From an uncultured Fibrobacterota bacterium (GTDB lineage Bacteria; Fibrobacterota; Chitinivibrionia; Chitinivibrionales; FEN-1185), in contig CAVWBU010000016.1 of NCBI GenBank assembly GCA_963753345.1, positions 64,001 to 128,000 of the forward strand: DNA of 64,000 bases, read 5' to 3'. Position numbers and translations under genes: made by a program. Each line of letters begins with the position of its first letter. Within the stretch, counting starts at the first letter, position 1. Shown one piece after another: positions 45,172 through 54,362 of this stretch. The notes below the pieces were generated by a model that saw only the letters and a list, made by a program, of their open reading frames with translations, was not told the DNA's origin and did no database searches.

Positions 45172-46887
45172 TCACAGACGGATCTTCCGCATACCGCACA
45201 TTGTCGCACCGGAAATCTTGATTATGTAAACTCCCCTGGACAACGCACGCAGATCAAGCCGGGTCTGCCGTGCCGTCATCTGTTGCCGCATCAGCAAAAC
45301 GCCATTCAAGGCGTAGATGGACGCCGTGCCCGGTTGATTAACGGTTATCACGCCGTTGACAGGACCGGAAAACAGTCCGGCATTATTGTATTGTTTCGCC
45401 GGTGCGGCGGTTGTCACTGCGGTGTTGTTCGTGATAATCACGCAGCCGGATGCCGGCACGGAAATCTGCGTGCCGACCGGGGTGAAGGTGATTGACTGCT
45501 GCGCAATGCTCCCACTGTTGGTGACGCTGCCGCCGCCGCTCGTATTGACCACGTTCCAGCCGGTGCCGCTCAGCGCGTAATTCATCGCCGCGCCCGATGT
45601 GTTGCACAGGACCATCCCGTTCTGATAGTCCCTCTTGAAAAGGGACGCGGAACCGGAGCCGGCCACGCGCAAGCTGTCGATGACCGACGGGACCCGGCTC
45701 TGGTCGCCGAGGTTGATTTCGTATTCCGGGAACCAGCTCGGCGCGCCCGGACCGAGAATATTGACAAAACTGTTTTCGTTCTTCACCAGCATGTACATGC
45801 CGGTGCGCCGGTATCGCTCGGCCTGTGTTGTGTCGTAAAATTGCGCAATAAGAATCTTGCCCCTGCCGGTAAGATGCTTGACGGCCCGCGAGAGGGTGAG
45901 ATACATGTCCGACCCCGTGGCGTTGCCGAAGCTTTCCAGCATCGCACCGTCGATCGTTTCACCGCCCGCATCGCCTTCCATCCAGGCCGGATCGTACCAG
46001 CCGGTGGTCATCTGGTCAACGTTGGGAATGATGAGATAATCAACGGACGACGTATGAAATCTTTTGTAAATTGACTTCCAGTACCCGAGGTACTGGGCGT
46101 TCATCCAGACGGCAAAGTCGCCAAGCGAGGCAATGGTGTAACCCGCGGGCCCGAACGGGCTCAGGTACCAGTTGAAATTGTGCGGCGCCGGATCGCCCGC
46201 GGCCGGATTGTAGAGTCCGGGAACCATGGTCTCCACGCACACGTCAAAGAAGCACCCTTCGTCCTGCTCGCCGGCCATCCAGTTGATCGTGACGTCGGCA
46301 ACGTACTTCTGCCAGTCCGCATTTTCCAGACACATCGTCCATTGCGGATCGGTGTGCCAGACCCGGTTGTTCGGATCCACGCTCGTGTAATGCTGGAACA
46401 TCTGTTCGAACCGCGTGCTACCCTGCGCTATGCCCGCGGCCGCGAGCCAGGGCGCAAAACAGCTGTCCCATTCCGACACCCATCCTTTGGGCGTGCACGA
46501 GGTGATGAGCGCGGTGCCGTGCGGAAGCGGACAGTCATTGTCGTTCTGGGGATTGATGCCGTTTGACAGATGGTAGATCACGCAGAGAAAATTGGCATTG
46601 TACGCGCGGTAATCGGCGACCTGATTCGCCGCCATTTTCTGGCTCGCCACATAGTTCTGGGCAATGAACTGGATTTTTCCGGCAGGCTGACCGAACAGCT
46701 CATCGGCCCATACCAGGTTGTATTTCTTTGTTGACGGCACGTAACGATTTGCCGGCAGTTTCATGGCGGCGGTGATGGGAGACGCCGACGTGCCGCCCGG
46801 AGGCCAGGACTGCACCTGGGAAAAAGACGGCTTGGCAAGAGAACTCATCATCAACACCGCGGCTGCAAGAACTGCGGCTGTTTTCAT
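45172..46887 (-). CDS. Secreted putative glycoside hydrolase-like protein with T9SS-type C-terminal domain
   Basis: Signal peptide; EGCFFD, IIPNV, IDGAMLE and FKRDYQNGMVLCN resemble putative GH TIM-barrel families; tail IYALNGVLL...LSRGVYIIKI. Confidence 0.65.
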   Translation of the reverse strand: MKTAAVLAAAVLMMSSLAKPSFSQVQSWPPGGTSASPITAAMKLPANRYVPSTKKYNLVWADELFGQPAGKIQFIAQNYVASQKMAANQVADYRAYNANFLCVIYHLSNGINPQNDNDCPLPHGTALITSCTPKGWVSEWDSCFAPWLAAAGIAQGSTRFEQMFQHYTSVDPNNRVWHTDPQWTMCLENADWQKYVADVTINWMAGEQDEGCFFDVCVETMVPGLYNPAAGDPAPHNFNWYLSPFGPAGYTIASLGDFAVWMNAQYLGYWKSIYKRFHTSSVDYLIIPNVDQMTTGWYDPAWMEGDAGGETIDGAMLESFGNATGSDMYLTLSRAVKHLTGRGKILIAQFYDTTQAERYRRTGMYMLVKNENSFVNILGPGAPSWFPEYEINLGDQSRVPSVIDSLRVAGSGSASLFKRDYQNGMVLCNTSGAAMNYALSGTGWNVVNTSGGGSVTNSGSIAQQSITFTPVGTQISVPASGCVIITNNTAVTTAAPAKQYNNAGLFSGPVNGVITVNQPGTASIYALNGVLLMRQQMTARQTRLDLRALSRGVYIIKISGATMCGMRKIRL

Positions 46888-46902
46888 GACGGTTGCCTCT
46901 TT

Positions 46903-47559
46903 CTATTTCACGGGCTTTGCATTGACCAGCGTTCTCAGCGTTTCCAGCGGAACAAGGCCGTCAAAACGCTTGCCATTAATATAAAGCGTCGGCGTCACCG
47001 ATATACCCATTTTCCCCGCGTCCCTTACCTCACCGGCAATGGCGTCGCCATGTTTTCCGGCACGCAGACAATTTTCAAAGGATGCGGCGTCGAGACCCAT
47101 CTGCCGGGCCAAAGCAACAAATGTCTCATCCGTCAAATCCGCCTTGAGTCCGAACATGGCGTCACTGTATTCCCAGAACTTTCCCTGATCTCCGGCGCAC
47201 TCGGAAGCTTCAGCCGCTTTCGGAGCAAACGGGTGATTGCTGAGCGGGAAATGACGGTACACCCATCGAACGTCCGCCTCGTTGATGATCGTGCGCATGG
47301 ACTGATGGAATTGCGCGCAAAAAGGGCATTGAAAATCGGCATACTCAATCACCGTGTATTTGGCGTTCGGGTTGCCGCGAACATGATCGGAGGGTACAAC
47401 CTTCGGCGCCGGTGTGAACGCAAATCGAATCCCGGCGAGTGCATTCGGGTTCCGCTGCTGTATCACGAGGATGACATTGGTGAGGACACTGAAGATCAAC
47501 AGGACTAAAAGGAAGTTCTTTGAGAAGATTTCTGTTTTCTTTACCTCCGGCTGTTTCAC
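46903..47559 (-). CDS. DsbA family thiol-disulfide oxidoreductase
   Basis: IEYADFQCPFC, YRHFPL, AAEASECAGDQGKFWEY, VTPTLYING. Confidence 0.92.
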   Translation of the reverse strand: MKQPEVKKTEIFSKNFLLVLLIFSVLTNVILVIQQRNPNALAGIRFAFTPAPKVVPSDHVRGNPNAKYTVIEYADFQCPFCAQFHQSMRTIINEADVRWVYRHFPLSNHPFAPKAAEASECAGDQGKFWEYSDAMFGLKADLTDETFVALARQMGLDAASFENCLRAGKHGDAIAGEVRDAGKMGISVTPTLYINGKRFDGLVPLETLRTLVNAKPVK

Positions 47560-47672
47560 GGTTCCGCCTTGGAATCAACATCAGCTTGACAAAGGCCGAC
47601 ATTGGGTCACGTCAATTGCAATGGTAACACGGCGCTTTCGGCACGTATGGCATACGCTCCGGTCGGAGATAT

Positions 47673-47954
47673 CTATGACCCGCTGCAATAGTCGTATGTC
47701 GTGCATGGAGGATTGGTCGGGAGGCTCTGATAGCATTTGCCTGAGGCGCTTCCCGAATTGCAATGATACGGGTATCCGTTGGGACAGCACTTTGACGAAC
47801 CGCTGCAATACGTGTACCCTGAATTGCAGCCGGTTACGCCGGCAAGCGGGTTTGTGCAACTGATGCAGGCGATGGCAAACAGCCCCAGAACCGGTAACGC
47901 CACCACTGCGCGAACATATAACCTGATTGCAGACCTGGATTTCAAGTACGACAT
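47673..47954 (-). CDS. Small cysteine-rich lipoprotein
   Basis: CAGGAGG RBS, lipoprotein-type leader ending ACISC, 8 further Cys in about 60 aa. Confidence 0.65.
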   Translation of the reverse strand: MSYLKSRSAIRLYVRAVVALPVLGLFAIACISCTNPLAGVTGCNSGYTYCSGSSKCCPNGYPYHCNSGSASGKCYQSLPTNPPCTTYDYCSGS

Positions 47955-48181
47955 AACCACTGCCTCCTGTTCTTGGTGATCGAATTTGTCTATCCCTGGG
48001 ACGGGCCTTCGCAGCCCCGTTCCCCGCTTACGCCGGCTTTCGAGCCGGTGTTCCCCATTGGGATTATACGGTCCATGGGGCTCGGTGTCAAATTAAAAAG
48101 AGTGACGGAACGTTTTCGGCGGATGGGGAAAAGAGGAGGAGCCTTCCAACACGGGCCATCTTGATAAATGCATCATTTTCA

Positions 48182-49285
48182 TCACGGAAATACCACTCTC
48201 AATCCCGGCACTTTCCTCATCACCACCGTCACGGTCACGCACACCACGAGCGTGAGAACGGCGGTCATCGGAATTCCGAGTATCGGATGCACGAATGTCG
48301 CGTCAAGAGTAAAACCCGGAAGGTGTCCCTTGAGGATCTCCAGGACCAGAATGTGCATCAGGTAAACGCTGAAACTCGCGCCGCTCACCGCCGGCACAAT
48401 CCCGTAGAGCCGGGGCGCGGCGCGGCGCACGGCGTCGAACGGAAGGGATTTACAGACAAGAAATATACAGGCCGCGGCGACGACAACAGTGGGGCTCAGA
48501 AAATCCTGGAACGTGGCGTCGTAGGCGCTGCGCAGTCCGTGCGAAAGCATGTAGCCGGACAGGGTCGTTGCGACAAGGCATAGCGCTGCGACGAGCGCGA
48601 GCCACGCCGCTGTTCTTTTGCCCGGCCGCAGGTCGCGCAAAAAGTTTCCAAGCAGGAACGCGCCGAGGAACCCTCCGGCGACCATGATGGGAATGCCGAT
48701 TGCTATTCCCCAGAAATGGCGGACCAGCGGATACAGGCACGCGCCCGCGAACCACAGCGCAAGCAGATACGTGTAATTCGAGCGCGATGCGTGTTTCGCG
48801 TAAACGCGGAACACCGGCGTTGCAAGATAGATGCCGGCGATCGTATAGATGAACCACAGGTGATAGTAAACCGGGCCTTCGACGAACTCGCGCGCCAAGC
48901 GGGCAAACGAATGGGCCGAGACATGTCCGTGCGTCTTCCAGAAAAAGTACACGCTCCCCCACACGACAAACGGCACGACAATCCTCAGAAACCGCTTCCG
49001 GAAGAAAAGCATCATGCTTTCGTCCTTTGACGGCGACAGGAGAAGGAGCCCGCTCACCATAACAAACAGGGCAATGCTGGGACGTGCGAACGAATAGATG
49101 ATGTTTGCCGTCCACCACCAGCCGAGAGAATACTCCGCCGGGTGCTGCGCGATGGGCGAAGCGACGTGCAGGAACACGATTGACACTGCGGCAAAAGCGC
49201 GGAGCGCGTCGGCAAATTCGATGCGCTTATCCACGGAGACGGCGTTCTTCTCTTGACCCGGGATGTCGGTGATGATGATGTTCAT
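48182..49285 (-). CDS. Acyltransferase family 3 (WecH/OafA-like) membrane protein
   Basis: DALRAFAAVSIVFLH, LFVMVSG, YYHLWF, SFSVYLMH. Confidence 0.9.
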   Translation of the reverse strand: MNIIITDIPGQEKNAVSVDKRIEFADALRAFAAVSIVFLHVASPIAQHPAEYSLGWWWTANIIYSFARPSIALFVMVSGLLLLSPSKDESMMLFFRKRFLRIVVPFVVWGSVYFFWKTHGHVSAHSFARLAREFVEGPVYYHLWFIYTIAGIYLATPVFRVYAKHASRSNYTYLLALWFAGACLYPLVRHFWGIAIGIPIMVAGGFLGAFLLGNFLRDLRPGKRTAAWLALVAALCLVATTLSGYMLSHGLRSAYDATFQDFLSPTVVVAAACIFLVCKSLPFDAVRRAAPRLYGIVPAVSGASFSVYLMHILVLEILKGHLPGFTLDATFVHPILGIPMTAVLTLVVCVTVTVVMRKVPGLRVVFP

Positions 49286-49334
49286 GGCTTATTATTATTA
49301 TTCGTTTTTCTTCGTACAAAAATAAATATAGCTT

Positions 49335-49450
49335 GTGGGGGAGGTATCCCCCTGCCTGCGGCCGCCTTCGGCGTCCTCCGTCACCCCCTCCTGGGTGCAC
49401 CCCAAGTGGGAGCAATGGCAGAACCAGATACCTGTGTGGGGGCACCCACG
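49335..49450. repeat. Multi-hairpin intergenic element (family 2, related to 15292-15475)
   Basis: GTGGGGGA-GGTA-TCCCCCTG, GCC-TTC-GGC hairpin, CACCCCCTCCTG. Confidence 0.45.
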
Positions 49451-49544
49451 AAGAATAGTTGAGGAGTTGAGAGGAAAAAGCGTTGAAAAGTTGAAGCGTT
49501 GAAAAGCAATGCAAATGATATTGGTTGATATCTGCGAATGCGGT

Positions 49545-49788
49545 TTGGCGCGAGAAGAAGATTGACTTAATAGAATTCCTCTGCTGCGCGTTAGGTGGAC
49601 CGCAGGGTGCGCACGAGCGCAGGGCCGGCCGACCCCGGCCGAAGGCCATAGGGGCGGACCGGCACCGAGGCCGAACGGCCGAGCCCGGAGGGAGACCGAC
49701 CCACCAATGTAGCGACGTAGCGCGCTACATTGGCGGGGAACGCCCAACTCCTGTCATGACTTGTAGCGTGGCGGGGCGCCCAACTCCT
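49545..49788 (+). repeat. Dispersed structured repeat, family 1 copy A
   Basis: Collinear with the reverse complement of 63063-63288: TTGGCGCGAGA, TTGACT, GCGCGTTAGGTGGACCG, GCCGAAGGC, GCCGAGCCCG, AACGCCCAACTC. The 3' end is locally duplicated. Confidence 0.8.
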
Positions 49789-49837
49789 TTCTCTTGTTGT
49801 GGTTATAATCCCCAGCGCATTTGATATATTTATCATT

Positions 49838-50542
49838 ATGAAAATCGCAGTGCACCAGCCGCAGTACATGCCCGGACCCGCGTACTTCCACAAGATGGCC
49901 TCGGCCGACCTTTTCGTTTTTCTCAATGACGTGCAGTTTGAAAAGAACGGGCTGCAGAACCGCAACCGGATCCGAAACGCCGAATCTCGGCAGTGGTTCA
50001 CCGTGCCCACCCTGTACCGTTTCCCGCAGAAAATAAACGAGGTCGAGGCCGATTTCACGCACAACTGGCAGAGAAACCACCTGCATTCTCTTGACGCATG
50101 CTACGGCGCCGCCCCGTTTTACCGGAACTACATTCCGCTGTTTGCCGAGTTCTTCTGCGCTCCGGCAAGCCGGATCGACAGGATCGGCATCGATTCGGTG
50201 CGGCTGCTTGCAGGCATCCTAGGCATCAAGACCGAAACCGTGCTGTCCTCCGATTACCGTTTTAAGGGAAAGGGAACGGAACGACTGGTCGCCATGTGCC
50301 GGCACTTCAAGGCCGGCACCTACCTTGCGGACCAGGACGAGGGCGATTACGTGGACATGACGCTGGTGGAAAGCGCGGGCGTCAAGGTGGAATTTCTTGA
50401 TTTCAAATGCCCGGCGTATCCCCAGCACCGTTCAAAAGGGCACGAGGACTTTATGCCCGACCTGTCGGCCGTGGACCTTGTCTTCAACTGCGGCCCCAGG
50501 AGCCTCGGGATCATCATGGGCGCGCTGGGCGCGCAATCATGA
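49838..50542 (+). CDS. WbqC family protein
   Basis: MKIAVHQPQYMP, ADLFVFLNDVQFEK, QNRNRI, YPQ, DLSAVDLVFNCGP. Confidence 0.9.
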   Translation: MKIAVHQPQYMPGPAYFHKMASADLFVFLNDVQFEKNGLQNRNRIRNAESRQWFTVPTLYRFPQKINEVEADFTHNWQRNHLHSLDACYGAAPFYRNYIPLFAEFFCAPASRIDRIGIDSVRLLAGILGIKTETVLSSDYRFKGKGTERLVAMCRHFKAGTYLADQDEGDYVDMTLVESAGVKVEFLDFKCPAYPQHRSKGHEDFMPDLSAVDLVFNCGPRSLGIIMGALGAQS

Positions 50543-51225
50543 CAAAAGGGAAACGGCCCGTCGACATAAGGGCGGTGTTCGGCGCGGTGAAAAAGGAATT
50601 CGCGCGGCATCGCGTCCCCGTGGTCGACCTCGTGGAGATGCAGACCAAAGACCCGTTCAAGGTGCTCGTGACGACCATCCTCAGCGCGCGCACCAAGGAC
50701 GAGACCACCACCCAGGCCTCCCGCAGGCTGTATTCCCGGGTTGCCGATCTTGACGAACTGGAAAAGGTCCCGCAAAGAGGGCTGGAAAAACTCATATTCC
50801 CGGTCGGGTTCTACAGGACCAAGGCGCGCCACCTTAAACAGCTGCCGGGCGCCATACGGCGCCTGTTCGGCGGCAGGATTCCGGATTCCGTGGACGAGCT
50901 TGTCCAGCTGCCGGGCGTCGGCAGGAAGACCGCCAACCTCGTGGTCGCTGTGGCGTTCGGCAAGCCGGCAATCTGCGTGGACGTCCACGTTCACAGGATA
51001 TGCAACAGGCTCGGGTATCTCTCGACAAGGAACCCGTTTGAAACGGAAATGAAGCTCCGCGCAATCCTTCCGCCGGACCTGTGGATCATGTTCAACTCGT
51101 ACCTTGTTTCATTCGGCCAGCACACGTGCTTTCCGGTGAACCCGCGCTGCGACCGGTGCGCCGTTGCCGCGCACTGCAACCGGGTGGGCGTGCGCACCAA
51201 ATACCCTCCGAAATCCTTTGCATAG
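50539..51225 (+). CDS. nth: Endonuclease III
   Basis: TILSARTKD, HhH LPGVGRKTANLV, CVDVHVHRI, CFPVNPRCDRCAVAAHC Fe-S loop. Confidence 0.93.
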   Translation: MTKGKRPVDIRAVFGAVKKEFARHRVPVVDLVEMQTKDPFKVLVTTILSARTKDETTTQASRRLYSRVADLDELEKVPQRGLEKLIFPVGFYRTKARHLKQLPGAIRRLFGGRIPDSVDELVQLPGVGRKTANLVVAVAFGKPAICVDVHVHRICNRLGYLSTRNPFETEMKLRAILPPDLWIMFNSYLVSFGQHTCFPVNPRCDRCAVAAHCNRVGVRTKYPPKSFA

Positions 51226-51307
51226 CGCTGCGGCTTTTGTATTTTGATGGTTGCGGTCCGGCCCTTGTCGGCCGCGGCGCATTTCTTCAATACTACTGGA
51301 GGACGTC

Positions 51308-51970
51308 ATGGCAGACCTACCGAAAAAAGGATTTTCCGCTGCGGACCCGGACGACGAAATCGACCTTGAAGCGCTTGTCAAGAAAGCTCCGCCGCCGCAG
51401 GCAGCTCCCGTGAAACAGGCCGCGCCCCAAAGCATCCAGCCTCCGAGACAGGAAAAACCGCGGGCGCCCGCTCCGCAGGCGGAAGAATTCGACGTCCGGA
51501 GCTTCCCTCATGCCGCGCCCGCCGAACCGAAAAAACAACCAGGGCCTGCGCAGCCTTTGCGGATGGAACCTGAGGACTCGGCCGGCTACGACCAGGAAAC
51601 CGAATTCGATCATCCGGCGCACCGGCAGAAGGTCCGAGTGCTTCCCTCTCTCCCTACTCTTATCCTCATCATCATCGTTTCGGTGGCCACCGCTTTCGTT
51701 ACCGGAATCATCGTCCACCTGACAGCGCCCACGCTCGACACCAAGATGCAGGAGATCCTCTCAAACCAGGAAAACAACAGCGTCAAGGTGAACAACCTGG
51801 ATCAAACAGTGTCCAGAATGGCCGACGACATTAAAGCCCTTCAGACCAAGCCCCAGCCCGCGCCCGCACCCGCCGCGCCAAAGAAGCATGCGGCCAGACC
51901 AAAGCCAGCTCCCGAGACAGCTCCTCCTGCGCCCGAACCCGCCGCAGAGACCCCGACCCCGGCGGAGTAG
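51308..51970 (+). CDS. Proline-rich single-pass membrane protein
   Basis: GGAGG RBS, Pro/Ala-rich ends, one TM helix, short coiled coil. Confidence 0.65.
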   Translation: MADLPKKGFSAADPDDEIDLEALVKKAPPPQAAPVKQAAPQSIQPPRQEKPRAPAPQAEEFDVRSFPHAAPAEPKKQPGPAQPLRMEPEDSAGYDQETEFDHPAHRQKVRVLPSLPTLILIIIVSVATAFVTGIIVHLTAPTLDTKMQEILSNQENNSVKVNNLDQTVSRMADDIKALQTKPQPAPAPAAPKKHAARPKPAPETAPPAPEPAAETPTPAE

Positions 51971-52043
51971 ACTTGGGTATGCGTCTCAGCGACGGCGCTG
52001 AGACGCCATGCCATCCTGCAGAACCGTTTCGTGAAAGCCGCCG

Positions 52044-53060
52044 ATGAAGGAAGCCGCCTACTATTCCGTGGTGTCGGCCGAGGGCAAGAAACTCCGGTGT
52101 GACCTGTGCCCCCACCGTTGTCTCTTGACAGACGGCAAGACCGGCATCTGTCTCGCCCGAAGGAACACGGGCGGCATCCTGTATTCCCTCGTGCACCTCA
52201 GGCCCGTTTCCGCCGCCATAGACCCCATCGAAAAGAAACCGCTGTACCATTTTCATCCGGGAACGCGGATTTTCTCAAGCGGGCCCAACGGCTGCACGTT
52301 TAAGTGCCGGTTCTGCCAGAACTGCGAGATTTCGCAGACCGTGCTTTCGGTGCGGGAAATCGCCGCTGCCGCATTTGTCAAATCGATCCTGGACAGCGGG
52401 ACCATCGGCATCGCGTACACCTATTCGGAGCCGTTCGTATGGTTCGAAACCATCATGGAAATAGGCGCCGTTGTCCGGGAGCACGGCCTCGTTAACGTCA
52501 TGGTCACCAACGGTTTCATGGAGCAGAAGCCGCTTTCGGACCTTCTCACGCTTGTTGACGCAATGAACATCGACATCAAGTCGATGAACCCGGCGTTCTA
52601 CCGGCGGCTGTGCAAGGCGCGGCTCGAACCGGTTCTTGCGGCATGCGAAACAGTCAAGAAGAAATGCCATCTCGAAATCACCAACCTTCTCATCCCGGGC
52701 GAGAACGATTCCGAGAAAGACATTTGCCAGCTTGTGGACTGGGTCGCCGCCAATCTCGGGCGCGACACTCCCCTGCACTTCTCGCGGTACTTTCCGCGCT
52801 ACCAAATGGATGCGCCGCCGACGCCGGCCGCAACCCTGCTGCGCGCCCACGCCATAGCGATCCGGAAGCTCGACTACGTCTACCTGGGAAACATGGATTC
52901 ACAAATCGGAAGCGACACCCGCTGCCCGTCGTGCGGCACGGTACTGGTCCAAAGGAACGGATATTCCATATCTGTCAACAAGTCGCTCAGAAAAGAGACA
53001 TCAACCGGGAAAGCGTCTTGCCCTTCCTGCAACCGCGCCACGAACATCATTCTCGACTGA
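52044..53060 (+). CDS. amrS: AmmeMemoRadiSam system radical SAM enzyme
   Basis: CDLCPHRC, IDPIEKKPLYHFHPG, GCTFKCRFCQN, AYTYSEP, PLHFSRYFP. Confidence 0.92.
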   Translation: MKEAAYYSVVSAEGKKLRCDLCPHRCLLTDGKTGICLARRNTGGILYSLVHLRPVSAAIDPIEKKPLYHFHPGTRIFSSGPNGCTFKCRFCQNCEISQTVLSVREIAAAAFVKSILDSGTIGIAYTYSEPFVWFETIMEIGAVVREHGLVNVMVTNGFMEQKPLSDLLTLVDAMNIDIKSMNPAFYRRLCKARLEPVLAACETVKKKCHLEITNLLIPGENDSEKDICQLVDWVAANLGRDTPLHFSRYFPRYQMDAPPTPAATLLRAHAIAIRKLDYVYLGNMDSQIGSDTRCPSCGTVLVQRNGYSISVNKSLRKETSTGKASCPSCNRATNIILD

Positions 53061-53157
53061 CTGCGTTCCCGTTAGCTCCCCCGCTCCGTCCACAGAATGT
53101 ATTGGCGCGTCCGGCGCGTGAGCACGCTAAGCAGGGCCGCGATGCCGGCGGTAAAAA

Positions 53158-53823
53158 CTACGGGGTGGTTCCGAGATCGAACCATTTCGCGATGACCCAG
53201 AGGGACGGGTTCTGCGGGTCCTTTTCGAGATAGAACACCTGTTCTCCTATGTCAACATAATAGTCGGCGACCGTCTGGTCTCCGGTGTTGACGCGCACCA
53301 GGAACTCGCCGTCGCGTACGATAACCTCGGCGTACTGGGTGCCGTCCGGAGCTTTGAAGTAATTGATGGCGTTGGTGTCGATGGGTTGCGGATTCACCTG
53401 CAGGCTGATATCTATCGCGTCGGCAAAGAGATTCTCGTGGATCTCAATCTCGTCATCGTAGGTCCAATAGTACATCTGCGAAATTCCCTTTACCTCCCGC
53501 ACGTAACTGAACATCGAATCGATGGTCTCGAGCAGCGCGTCCCCATGCTCCTTGGCGTAATCGGCCTGGAAACTGGGGGACACGTAGAATCGGAAATCCT
53601 TCAAGGGAGAAAACAGGTCCATAAAGAGGCCGATCTGGCGGGTTTCGTACGCCGTGAAAAGCTGCTGGATCGTGCCCGCCGGTGTGCTTCTCCCGATACC
53701 GGCGGTCTGCGGTTCCCCGGTCTGCGGAAAAAACGGGTCGAAGCATCCGTGCAGGAGCAGGCACAGCGCCACCGCGGCTGCAGCCCGCCCTCCGAACGAT
53801 TTCCTATGGTTCGCCTTCGCCAT
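53158..53823 (-). CDS. Hypothetical lipoprotein
   Basis: Lipobox LHGC-FDPFFP; C-terminal WVIAKWFD as in the upstream paralog-like gene. Confidence 0.7.
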   Translation of the reverse strand: MAKANHRKSFGGRAAAAVALCLLLHGCFDPFFPQTGEPQTAGIGRSTPAGTIQQLFTAYETRQIGLFMDLFSPLKDFRFYVSPSFQADYAKEHGDALLETIDSMFSYVREVKGISQMYYWTYDDEIEIHENLFADAIDISLQVNPQPIDTNAINYFKAPDGTQYAEVIVRDGEFLVRVNTGDQTVADYYVDIGEQVFYLEKDPQNPSLWVIAKWFDLGTTP

Positions 53824-53836
53824 TTTCAATCCCGCG

Positions 53837-54361
53837 CTAGTATTCGGGTACAAAAAGCGGATGGAAGATGGATCTGCCCGGATACTTGTCTTTCCAATAA
53901 ACGATGCACCATGTGTTCTTGCTGGCATTAAAGATGAATTTGAACGACGCGTTGTCGTCGAACGTGTATGATTTCGGCGGGATCATCAGCGTATCCCGCG
54001 CCGCGACATGATAGGCGCGGTCCACATAGAACGTGTCGCCGATGGTGAAATCGGACAGGGAATCCGGCGTCCACGATACCGCATCGATGGCAAACCTGTT
54101 CCAGACGTCATGGAGATGGTCGATGAGCATCTTCCTGTCGAAAATATTGTCGTTGATATCAACATAGATCGCCGTGTCGTAGAAAATGTCGTTGTAGTCC
54201 ACCTTGGTGATCTGTTTCCCCGTGTTCCACAGGATCGAGGCGAAATTGAACGGGTCCACGATTGCTGTGCTCGAAGGGTACTCGGCCGGACGCGGATCGA
54301 ATAGGCCGCAAGAGACGATTGAAAGCACGCCGGCGGCAAGGAGAAGTACGGTCTTACGCAT
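53837..54361 (-). CDS. Hypothetical lipoprotein
   Basis: Lipobox IVSC-GLFDPRPAEYP; C-terminal WCIVYWKD. Confidence 0.72.
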   Translation of the reverse strand: MRKTVLLLAAGVLSIVSCGLFDPRPAEYPSSTAIVDPFNFASILWNTGKQITKVDYNDIFYDTAIYVDINDNIFDRKMLIDHLHDVWNRFAIDAVSWTPDSLSDFTIGDTFYVDRAYHVAARDTLMIPPKSYTFDDNASFKFIFNASKNTWCIVYWKDKYPGRSIFHPLFVPEY

Positions 54362-54362
54362 G

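Noticed and set aside
49588-49750. Family 1 repeat as an attC site
   Set aside because: GTTAGGT precedes GCCCAAC, the reverse of attC order, and the element is branched rather than one long hairpin.
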